Of a DNA stretch of 48,817 bases, positions 1 through 8,478 are shown in pieces. This stretch comes from Acidobacteriota bacterium (GTDB taxonomy: Bacteria > Acidobacteriota > Blastocatellia > Chloracidobacteriales > JADJPF01). The stretch covers positions 1 through 48,817 of the forward strand of contig JBFLVQ010000002.1 in NCBI GenBank assembly GCA_040758525.1. The letters run 5' to 3'. Under the pieces are notes generated by a model. The model did not search any database. It was not told the DNA's origin and was given only the letters and a program-made list of their open reading frames with translations. Position numbers and translations under genes: made by a program. Within the stretch, counting starts at the first letter, position 1; each line of letters starts with the position of its first letter.

Positions 1-438
1 GAAATGCCTTATTTCAATGATGTTGAAAACTACAATGGACTGGTAGTGCCATTTTATAAAAGAGCACAATTGACTGCTGCTGATCTTTCGCTAGCATTTG
101 CCGGTGAAGGAATAGGACATTTTGATGATCTAAACAATATAACTATCTTTGCTGATAATCTTGTCCCACATGTTCTTAGAGTAGATAATGTTCTTCTGTA
201 TGATAAATCTTTGGCTGCCCGTATAGATGCAGAAGAGTTAATTTCTCCTGGTTCTGCTGAAGAGATAGAGATTAGAGCTTGTGCAGTTCATGCTGTAGAG
301 CTTTTGGTAGAAGCCCTACAAAAGACAGGACACAAAGTGACAGCAATGGGTCTTGATTATCTGCTCTGGAATCGTGGTCAGCAACCTTACTATAAAAAAG
401 TAAAGCCTCGTCATAGAAGCAGAACCGTCTTCTACTAA
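1..438 (+). CDS. queuosine-salvage family protein (DUF2419/Qng1-like), C-terminal part; 5' end outside the window
   Basis: Frame 1 is open to the window edge. The C-terminal 144 aa carry FADNLVPHVLR, GSAEEIEIRA and a terminal HRSRTVFY, which I recall as typical of DUF2419. Confidence 0.55.
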   Translation, partial: EMPYFNDVENYNGLVVPFYKRAQLTAADLSLAFAGEGIGHFDDLNNITIFADNLVPHVLRVDNVLLYDKSLAARIDAEELISPGSAEEIEIRACAVHAVELLVEALQKTGHKVTAMGLDYLLWNRGQQPYYKKVKPRHRSRTVFY

Positions 439-2405
439 ATACGCTTAAAGCCGCGTTCGATATCACGCATAGAGAAGCGCAGTATAATGGGTCGCCCATG
501 TGGGCAATTGGTAGGAGACTGAGTCTTCATTAACTCATCGATCAACCATTTCATCTTCTCTTCGCTAAGCGGAGTATTGATCTTAATAGCAGCACGGCAA
601 GCAATACTGGCGGCGATCTCGCGCTGAAAATGCTCGATTGAGATCGCCCGCCGCTCACGCTCAACCACAGTTAAGAACTCTAGTATCAGCAGACGCGCAT
701 CATTTGCCGAGAGCAGCGCAGGAGTTGCTTTGATCGCGATAGTACGACCAGAAAGCCGCATCATTTCAAAACCACTTACTTCAAGATCGGTAGCAATCTG
801 TTCATAGGCTGTCAATTGTGCGGGAGTAAGATCAATTGTTTCAGGAATCAATAGCCTTTGTACTTCCAATTCACGCGCTAGTATTCGTGCCAGATGAAAT
901 TCAAAGAGAATGCGCTCATGGGCAACATGTTGATCGATCAACATAAGCCCTTGACTATCTACTGCAACAATATAGCTGTCATGCAACTGTCCTAACGGGC
1001 ATGGCACAACACTACCGGCAAACTGAGCCGTCTCTTCAGCACGTACAACTTGTGCGTCACAAGCTAGTGCTGCAGATGTATGTTGAGGTGCTTCTGTAAT
1101 AGGTGAAGTCACGACCACAGGCTCTGGTTCAGGAATAGACTTTTCTACTAAGTTTTGAGCCGTTGCCGTAGGTTGTATAGGTGAGAGATCAAAAGGATCA
1201 TCAACCTCAGCAAGTTTTGGTAATGGACGTGATTCTAACGCACTGGGCAGATCTTGAGGGATTGTTGCTGGCGATGGCCTTGACCAACTCTCTGGAGTTA
1301 GTTCGCGAATCGAACTGAAGGAGGCGCGTTCTTGATCACGAGTTTCAGATGGTGTAGATATTGGCTCGAAATCGAGTTGTGGTGTTGGCGCATTGGCCAT
1401 AGGGAAGCTAGCAAAAGGCTTGGTACGTGTAAACGCGCTACGTATAGCCTGACAGACTGCATCATGAACAGCAAAGGGGCGGCGAAAACGAACTTCTGTT
1501 TTCGCGGGATGGACATTGACATCGATCTCTTCGCAAGGCAACTCGATCATAAGCATTACCACTGGATGTGTACCAGATGGAATGACATTCTTATAAGCCT
1601 CACTAATCGCTTTTGCCAGCACTCGATCACGAACAAAACGGCCATTAACAAAGAGGTATTGAGCATCACGTGAGGCGCGCTGTTCTTGTGGTTTAGAGAC
1701 AAATCCACTTACGGTTATTTCACCAGACATATCGATCTCAATAAGATTCTCGATAAAGTCGGCACCGAAGATTTGATAGGCGCGTTCGCGTAATGTCTCG
1801 ACCGGAGTAGCAGCAATCACCTCACGATTGTTCTGTACTAGGGTAAAACTGATACTTGGATTGGCTAATGAATAATGGGTGACAAGATTGGCGATATGGG
1901 AACTTTCTGTAGTATCACTCTTAAGAAATTTGCGCCGTGCTGGTACATTAAAGAAGAGTTCCTGGATCTCCATCTCTGTACCACCTGGCCAAGCCAGATC
2001 CCGTACATTAAGCATACGACCGCCGGCAATCTCTATCTCTGTGCCTTCTAGTTCAATGGCAGTCTTAGTACGTAGGTAGACTTTAGCTACAGAGGCGATT
2101 GAAGGTAGGGCTTCACCACGGAAGCCTAGTGTCTGAATCTTTTCCAGTTCATCAAAATCGCGTAGCTTGCTGGTGGCATGACGCTCAAAAGCCATTATTG
2201 CGTCTTCGCGCACCATCCCTTCACCATCATCAGTCAGTTTAATAAGTCGCTTGCCACCGCCATCTATCTCTACACGTACACGACGGGCATTAGCATCCAG
2301 CGAGTTTTCCAGTAATTCTTTTACAACCGAGGCAGGTCTTTCGACCACTTCGCCGGCTGCAATCTTGTTGGCAAGAGTATCAGGAAGAATCTTGATTTTT
2401 GACAT
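435..2405 (-). CDS. mutL: DNA mismatch repair protein MutL (endonuclease-type)
   Basis: GHKL ATPase motifs AAGEVVERPASVVKELLENSLDA and DDGEGM. C-terminal endonuclease motifs DQHVAHERILFE and CPHGRP. Confidence 0.95.
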   Translation of the reverse strand: MSKIKILPDTLANKIAAGEVVERPASVVKELLENSLDANARRVRVEIDGGGKRLIKLTDDGEGMVREDAIMAFERHATSKLRDFDELEKIQTLGFRGEALPSIASVAKVYLRTKTAIELEGTEIEIAGGRMLNVRDLAWPGGTEMEIQELFFNVPARRKFLKSDTTESSHIANLVTHYSLANPSISFTLVQNNREVIAATPVETLRERAYQIFGADFIENLIEIDMSGEITVSGFVSKPQEQRASRDAQYLFVNGRFVRDRVLAKAISEAYKNVIPSGTHPVVMLMIELPCEEIDVNVHPAKTEVRFRRPFAVHDAVCQAIRSAFTRTKPFASFPMANAPTPQLDFEPISTPSETRDQERASFSSIRELTPESWSRPSPATIPQDLPSALESRPLPKLAEVDDPFDLSPIQPTATAQNLVEKSIPEPEPVVVTSPITEAPQHTSAALACDAQVVRAEETAQFAGSVVPCPLGQLHDSYIVAVDSQGLMLIDQHVAHERILFEFHLARILARELEVQRLLIPETIDLTPAQLTAYEQIATDLEVSGFEMMRLSGRTIAIKATPALLSANDARLLILEFLTVVERERRAISIEHFQREIAASIACRAAIKINTPLSEEKMKWLIDELMKTQSPTNCPHGRPIILRFSMRDIERGFKRI

Positions 2406-2412
2406 TGTTAAT

Positions 2413-3207
2413 TTAAGGCATGGTTACTGCATCCGCTTTGCTTGCCACAGGCAGTGGCGTGTAACGGCGGCAGATATCGTTCCAGCGAATTGTAAGTAGA
2501 TCGGAAAATGCTAGCAGGCCATTAAGAAAGTTGACCCGAGAGCCTTCCATATGTCCCCAGACAACCGGCAACTCTAGCAGGCGCAGGCCATGTTTTTTGG
2601 CAATATAGAGCACTTCAACATCAAAGCCAAAACCCTGTATACGCTGTCGTTCAAAGACACCGCGGGCATCTGGCATACGGAACGCTTTGAAGCCACATTG
2701 AGTATCTTTGAAGTCTAGGCCGGTAATGGTATGCATTAACAGGTTAAAGGTACGTCCTGCCACTTCACGCAGTGTCGATTGATGTGTAGAGATAAACGAT
2801 TCTGCCAGCGCACGCGAGCCAAAAACAACATCATATTCTCCTGCCACAATCGGAGCAATAAGGCGATCTGCCTCTGTGATTGGGGCAGAAAGATCTGCAT
2901 CCGTAAAGAGGGCAATTTCGCCCTGCGTATTCAGCATGCCATTACGTACACTGTAGCCTTTGCCACGATTACCAGGATTCTCTATCACACGCAATGTGAT
3001 ACCGTTCTGTTTGTATTGCGCGATATAATCACTAGCCACTTTGGTAGTGCGATCCTGCGAGCCATCATTAACGATTAGCACTTCACTCTCAAAGTCTTTT
3101 GCGGCAAGAAACTTCTCTATTTGTGAAAGGCTATCGCCAAGTCGTTGCTCTTCGTTATATGCTGGTATCACAATCGATAAAAACATGCTCTCTGCTTCCA
3201 CTGCCAC
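2413..3207 (-). CDS. family-2 glycosyltransferase, polyprenyl-phosphate hexose synthase-like (DPG/DPM synthase-like)
   Basis: SIVIPAYNEE, NDGSQD and the TDADL (DXD) GT-A motifs. 264 aa, size and pattern of ALG5/Ppm1/CsbB-type enzymes. Confidence 0.85.
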   Translation of the reverse strand: MAVEAESMFLSIVIPAYNEEQRLGDSLSQIEKFLAAKDFESEVLIVNDGSQDRTTKVASDYIAQYKQNGITLRVIENPGNRGKGYSVRNGMLNTQGEIALFTDADLSAPITEADRLIAPIVAGEYDVVFGSRALAESFISTHQSTLREVAGRTFNLLMHTITGLDFKDTQCGFKAFRMPDARGVFERQRIQGFGFDVEVLYIAKKHGLRLLELPVVWGHMEGSRVNFLNGLLAFSDLLTIRWNDICRRYTPLPVASKADAVTMP

Positions 3208-3431
3208 GGTTTGGCACGATAAGGTTAACTATAATTTAAAATTGAGCCGAACCTTCACTATATCACAATCGCGCCAAGTACGGAAAACTCTCTTAGTGGT
3301 AAGAATAATTCTTAGTAGGCGATAGCAGGTGTCTATCCATTGTTCAAAGTTGATGTTGGCATATGCTGTCTGTCGTTGCCAATACCGTAGCTACTATGCT
3401 TAACTAAGCGTACTCAAGCAAGGAGAGCAAT

Positions 3432-4295
3432 ATGCTTACTGCGATAAAACAGCTAGTTCCGCCTACTATGAGACAGGCACTTAGGAAAAGCTCCCGAGAA
3501 CTCACGGGGCCGCTACGACTAATGCCAGACTTTCTTGTTATTGGGGCACAAAAGTGTGGGACAACTTCACTATATCATTATCTAGTCTCGCACCCACATA
3601 TTATGAGCCCTTCAGAAAAGCAGATGCATTTCTTTGATAACAACTTTAGTAAGGGTCTCAGTTGGTACCGCACACATTTTCCTTCGTCACTATACAGATA
3701 TTACTTAAAGCATATACACAAGCAGGGTTTTATTACTGGTGAGGCGACTCCTTATTACATATTTCATCCCTTGGCGCCCCAACGTATACAAAAGCACCTG
3801 CCTAACGCAAAACTTATTCTGTTATTGAGAAACCCTGTTGATAGAGCTTACTCACATTATAATCATGAGGTGCGCAAAGGAACCGAAACTCTCTCCTTCA
3901 CAGACGCGCTTGACCGAGAGGAAGAGCGGCTTGCTGGCGAGCGAGAAAAGATGCTTGTCCAAGAGAACTATTACAGCTTCAATCATCAACACTATTCTTA
4001 TCTAGCTCGTGGTGTCTATATAGAACAGTTAGAATACTGGTTCAACTACTTCCCCAAAGAGCAATTTTTGATATTGAAGAGCGAAGATTTCTATACTGCT
4101 CCGGGAGCAACTCTCAAACAGATTCTCAATTTTCTCCATCTGCCTGAATGGCAATTGCCAAAGTATGAAAACTATAATGTTGGTAAATACCAGAAGATGG
4201 ATGACCATATAAAGGCGCGACTAAGAGCCTATTTTGCACCACACAATGAAAAACTCTATCAACTTATTGGTCGAGACTTTGGCTGGGAGCGCTAA
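3432..4295 (+). CDS. PAPS-dependent sulfotransferase (Sulfotransfer_1-like, carbohydrate sulfotransferase type)
   Basis: 5'-PSB loop IGAQKCGTTS and 3'-PB motif RNPVDRAYSHY. SD AAGGAG lies upstream of the ATG. Confidence 0.85.
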   Translation: MLTAIKQLVPPTMRQALRKSSRELTGPLRLMPDFLVIGAQKCGTTSLYHYLVSHPHIMSPSEKQMHFFDNNFSKGLSWYRTHFPSSLYRYYLKHIHKQGFITGEATPYYIFHPLAPQRIQKHLPNAKLILLLRNPVDRAYSHYNHEVRKGTETLSFTDALDREEERLAGEREKMLVQENYYSFNHQHYSYLARGVYIEQLEYWFNYFPKEQFLILKSEDFYTAPGATLKQILNFLHLPEWQLPKYENYNVGKYQKMDDHIKARLRAYFAPHNEKLYQLIGRDFGWER

Positions 4296-4305
4296 TACAG
4301 TGGTG

Positions 4306-6807
4306 TCAGTTTCTCGTAAATAACAGCTCTACTTTATTTCTCATAGCACCAATAGCTAGAAATGCCAGTGTTACCAGGCTGAGCTCTAGGCCATAAAGAA
4401 GTGAGCGGGGGCGAAAAACAAACTGCACTTGATGCTCGCCTGCTTCCAGCACCACACCCCGTAGAGCATGGTTTACACGTAGTAGTGGCATAGCCTTGCC
4501 ATCAACAAACACCTCCCAGTTGGGATAGTAGGTATCTGTAAGCACCAGTAAACGTGTACCAGAGTTTGAAGCCTGTAATCTTACCTCATTATTCCAATAT
4601 CTAGTAATCTCAACCGAATCGTTTCGGTCAGCCGCAGTTACGTTTTGCACATTTGGCGCCGCCGACTCAACAACAACCTCTACATGAGGATCAAAACTTG
4701 GCTCTTTCATAATCGCAAGTACATCCTCAGGTCGTTTAGCTAAACGCACCTGCGATGCGAAGAATGCTCGCGGCATTACCGCCAAGTTTTCGTAAAGTCG
4801 TATTCCTTCACCCTGATAGATCTCACGGTAGTGCTCATCTGAAGTGATATTCTCAGCTCTTGTGAGCAGGTATTTTACTCCTAACAGATCATAGAAAGGC
4901 GATTGCTGTCGATTAAAGATTATATGGCTTAGCTCTGGTTGTGGTTCAATAAGAGCAGTCAAGTCGCGATACCATTTAGGAAATAGTTGATCCTTACCAT
5001 AAATAGTAGCTAATCGATAAGGCAATAGTGTGTTAGGCGGGGCAACAATCTTCTCTTCACTATTGGCGCCGGCTTTGCCACGAAATTCAGCAGGTGCGAC
5101 TACAAGTCGATAGTTACCGAGCTTAGCACTAAGAAGATCTGTAGTTGCAGTTTGACGATAGACAAGTTGTGCAGGAAAAGTGCGATTGTATTGGCTATCG
5201 TTCCAGATAAGTTCTACCGTCAAGAGCAAGGCAATTATAGCTAAAAGCATAGTAGCTGAAGGCGGGCGATATAGAAAATACCAGCACAATAGAATAACTA
5301 TCAATACCATAGTAAACGGCACAAATAGATCATAATTGTGCCAACCCCAATGGAACTGTTCAGCTAGCGAGTTCGCAATTTTCAGTCCCCAACGCCGCAG
5401 CCAATTGCCGCGTTCTATATCTTGCGGTAGATAACGACCAAAGCCTCCTAACAACAATGTTGCTCCTACCAATACACCTAGCCAGTAGATGCTGATACGG
5501 CGCAACTGCATAAGAAATTTTGTCAACAGTGGTTGTGTCAGGGTAAGCAGCCGATTGCTGCCGTAAGCTACTAGTACTGCACCACCAAATGCGTAGAGTA
5601 CATTGATACGTGTTATTGCGCGAATCGTACGTAAGATGGGTAGATATTTAGTAATATGCACATAGAGCGGTGCACAGGTTAGCACCAATAATGCACTGAC
5701 TACAAGGCCGGCAAAATAATAGACACGCCGATCGCGTGGACGCCAGAGAGCTAAACCAATCAGTGGTAATGCTAACAATCCCAAATAGACACTACGGTCT
5801 TGAGACACGCCCATCTCTACAAACATCTGCAGAGATCTAGCGTCAAATGCTGAGCCAAAGGCACGTGGCAGCAGCAGTGTCAGCAGATGCCAAGGGGGCA
5901 ACCATATATAGCCCAATTCGGTTGGTACAATTTTACGATTTGAGTAGCCTAACAATTCAAAAGCTGGCAGCCAGATCGGAGCAGAGAGTCCAAACCCAAC
6001 CAGAAGGCTGATACCAAGACAACGACAAGCACGCCACATTCGCCTTGCCTTCTCATCCCTAACAAGCCAAGCTACTGCCAGGTAGTAAGCAGAAAGCGCT
6101 GCAAGATAATAGATTGCTGCAGGCATAAAGCCAGCGTAGAACTGTAATGCCAATGCCGAGCCAGCGCCAGCCGCAGCCCAAAAGCTATTGCGATTGAGCG
6201 CACGATCGGCACCCAACAGCATCAGTGGCAACCACATTACTCCCCCTATCCAACCTAGCCAACTGAGATGATGCATTACATGATCAGAGAGCAGAAATGC
6301 TATGCTGCCCAGGCAGGCAGGAGCAGGGGCGATATCGAGATTTATCAGAAATATATAGAGAAAGAATGCTAGTAGTAGTAATTCTGTGAGTCTTCCTAAA
6401 GTGTAACCAAGTGGAACATCAAACCAGAGATAAAAAATTTGCGCTGGTGAAAGCAGTTTTGTTACACCATCGGCATAGATCGGATGACCGCCTAATATAT
6501 AAGGGTTCCATAAAGGTAGTTCACCAGCACGATAACTATTTACAACAAAGTAATCACGTGTGACATAGGTATCGGTAAGATCGCGACGGTTATAATTGTA
6601 ACCGTTGTAAGTGGAGCGAGCCGCACCCCAAGGCAACTGGTTCTCATGCGCAGCAAGATCAACAAGTGTTTCGCCTAAGAAGAAGACTCGCCAGAAGAGT
6701 GCAATAATAAGCAGTAATAGTATTGCGAATACGCTTAGATGGGTTTTTAGAGAGGCACCATCAATTGCGGTAATCGACTCAATCCAGGTTTGAAAAATTT
6801 TTTTCAT
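4306..6807 (-). CDS. YfhO-family polytopic membrane protein (GT-C-type extracytoplasmic glycosyltransferase)
   Basis: 833 aa with many N-terminal TM helices, a large C-terminal soluble domain and a terminal TM helix. LWNPYILGGHP motif resembles YfhO (PF09586). Confidence 0.7.
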   Translation of the reverse strand: MKKIFQTWIESITAIDGASLKTHLSVFAILLLLIIALFWRVFFLGETLVDLAAHENQLPWGAARSTYNGYNYNRRDLTDTYVTRDYFVVNSYRAGELPLWNPYILGGHPIYADGVTKLLSPAQIFYLWFDVPLGYTLGRLTELLLLAFFLYIFLINLDIAPAPACLGSIAFLLSDHVMHHLSWLGWIGGVMWLPLMLLGADRALNRNSFWAAAGAGSALALQFYAGFMPAAIYYLAALSAYYLAVAWLVRDEKARRMWRACRCLGISLLVGFGLSAPIWLPAFELLGYSNRKIVPTELGYIWLPPWHLLTLLLPRAFGSAFDARSLQMFVEMGVSQDRSVYLGLLALPLIGLALWRPRDRRVYYFAGLVVSALLVLTCAPLYVHITKYLPILRTIRAITRINVLYAFGGAVLVAYGSNRLLTLTQPLLTKFLMQLRRISIYWLGVLVGATLLLGGFGRYLPQDIERGNWLRRWGLKIANSLAEQFHWGWHNYDLFVPFTMVLIVILLCWYFLYRPPSATMLLAIIALLLTVELIWNDSQYNRTFPAQLVYRQTATTDLLSAKLGNYRLVVAPAEFRGKAGANSEEKIVAPPNTLLPYRLATIYGKDQLFPKWYRDLTALIEPQPELSHIIFNRQQSPFYDLLGVKYLLTRAENITSDEHYREIYQGEGIRLYENLAVMPRAFFASQVRLAKRPEDVLAIMKEPSFDPHVEVVVESAAPNVQNVTAADRNDSVEITRYWNNEVRLQASNSGTRLLVLTDTYYPNWEVFVDGKAMPLLRVNHALRGVVLEAGEHQVQFVFRPRSLLYGLELSLVTLAFLAIGAMRNKVELLFTRN

Positions 6808-7032
6808 AGCGCAATAGTGCTATTAATACAATAGGGCCCGTTATTGTACATCACTGCTGCCTTAGCTGCCAAACCTTACAGGGTTATTATCTACCAATGG
6901 CGTGGTGGCAGCGGTAATTCTCAAAGTAGGCAAACATCGAGTAAAATGTCTTTTTGCCATCGACATTAGGAAATTTAATTGTAGAGAAAGAGGACGACTA
7001 TTTACGAGAAACTGAAAACAACCTTCAAGCAT

Positions 7033-8478
7033 ATGGTAGTGTTTGGAGTGGGCGGGGTTGTTAACCGTGCACTCAGTTTTCTCCTTGTTCCTTTCTACAC
7101 TCGCCATATACCTGCACGCGAATACGGCGCCTTAGCCATTCTATTAATTGTCTTGGCAGCTTTGCCGATTGTGTTACGGTTGGGCTTAGGCAATGCGTTA
7201 TTACGCTCCTGGTATGATTATGAGGAAGAGAAACGTCCGCAACTTGCTACTACTGTATTGGTCTTTCTCCTGGCTACTTCCATACCATTACTATTACTGA
7301 TGGCGTTACTGGCTGAACAAGGCTCACTACTGCTTTTAGGGACAGAACAGTATGCATCGCATCTACGCATTATTTGTCTACTGGCCTTCTGTGAGACCTT
7401 CAATGTTATTCCTGATACATTGATGCGTGTAAATAACGCTTCAGTACAGTATTCGATCTGCCAGACAATAGCATTCTTATTACAGTTGCTTACGATCATC
7501 AGTGCAGTAGTCTACTGGCGTTGGGGTATTCAAGGAATACTATTTGGCAATCTGATCGGCGCAGTGGTCGAGAACTCGCTACTGTTTGCCATTACACGTA
7601 AATATTTGCGCTGGGGATTTAATCGTAGTGAGTTGAAGGCGATGCTTGCTTTTGGCGCGCCGCTAATCTTTGGCCGCTTAGCAGCAATCTGCTTTCAATC
7701 TATTGATCGTTTCTTCCTTAAATATTATGCGAATTTGCGTATAGTGGGGCTATATGCGCTGGGCAATCAATTGGCTGCTCCAATCACGCTATTGGTGGCT
7801 ACACCTTTCAGCATGATCTGGGCTAATATGCAGTTTGCTACAATGAAAGACCATGATGCTAATGAGTACTATGCACGTATGCTTACTTATATGGTCTATT
7901 TGGCTTCTTTCTTTGCCCTCCCGGTGGCAGTGCTGGCCGAAGATACATTGCATATCTTTGCCACATTAAGATATTGGGAGGCTGCCACAGTTGTACCTTG
8001 GCTAGCGCTGGCAGCAGTACTTGATGCTGCCAATCCAGTATTCAATGTTGGTGTTAGTCTTAAGCGTAAATCTTATATAAATCCGATTATTGTGGTGGTG
8101 TCCGCACTTATCAACATCGGCTTAAATTTTCTTCTCATACCATCGTTTGGAATGATGGGGGCAGCGGTTGCTACCGTCATCTCTTACATTATGATGTGTG
8201 CAATCCGATTTTTTATTGCACAACATCTTCTTCCTATCTCTTACGAATGGGGACGCATACTTAAGATTGTCTTGGTCTGTTTGGCGCTCTTTATGATTAC
8301 TCGGGTAATTATTATTGAGCGACCAATTATCTCATTCTGTACACGACTACCATTTGCTCTGATGATGCCTTTTGCGCTTGTGCCATTGGGATTTTATGAT
8401 GAGAAGGAGCGCGCAAAGGCGCGTGAACTATTTAGGCGCGTGAAGGATTATTTACGTTCTCCAGTTCGCGCTTATTGA
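7033..8478 (+). CDS. polysaccharide/oligosaccharide flippase (MOP/Wzx family)
   Basis: 481 aa, about 12-14 hydrophobic helices with the Wzx-like pattern. An in-frame stop at 6982 and no alternative start upstream fix the ATG at 7033. Confidence 0.75.
   Translation: MVVFGVGGVVNRALSFLLVPFYTRHIPAREYGALAILLIVLAALPIVLRLGLGNALLRSWYDYEEEKRPQLATTVLVFLLATSIPLLLLMALLAEQGSLLLLGTEQYASHLRIICLLAFCETFNVIPDTLMRVNNASVQYSICQTIAFLLQLLTIISAVVYWRWGIQGILFGNLIGAVVENSLLFAITRKYLRWGFNRSELKAMLAFGAPLIFGRLAAICFQSIDRFFLKYYANLRIVGLYALGNQLAAPITLLVATPFSMIWANMQFATMKDHDANEYYARMLTYMVYLASFFALPVAVLAEDTLHIFATLRYWEAATVVPWLALAAVLDAANPVFNVGVSLKRKSYINPIIVVVSALINIGLNFLLIPSFGMMGAAVATVISYIMMCAIRFFIAQHLLPISYEWGRILKIVLVCLALFMITRVIIIERPIISFCTRLPFALMMPFALVPLGFYDEKERAKARELFRRVKDYLRSPVRAY

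Noticed and set aside
1332-1673. Long antisense ORFs inside well-supported genes. Examples: 1332-1673, 2779-3078, 8961-9359, 10882-11304, 12659-12991, 24369-24827, 37805-38176, 41039-41446, 43145-43474, 47871-48239.
   Set aside because: Each lies entirely opposite a CDS with clear family motifs and has Arg/Ser/Cys-rich, low-complexity shadow-frame composition. None has an RBS or recognisable domain.
3212-3228. TGGCAC hexamer (TTGGCACGATAAGGTTA) upstream of the sulfotransferase gene as a sigma-54 promoter.
   Set aside because: The -12 position reads GGTT with no GC dinucleotide at the required spacing. The nearby TTGGCA/TATAAT pair has only a 13-nt spacer, so it is not a credible sigma-70 promoter either.
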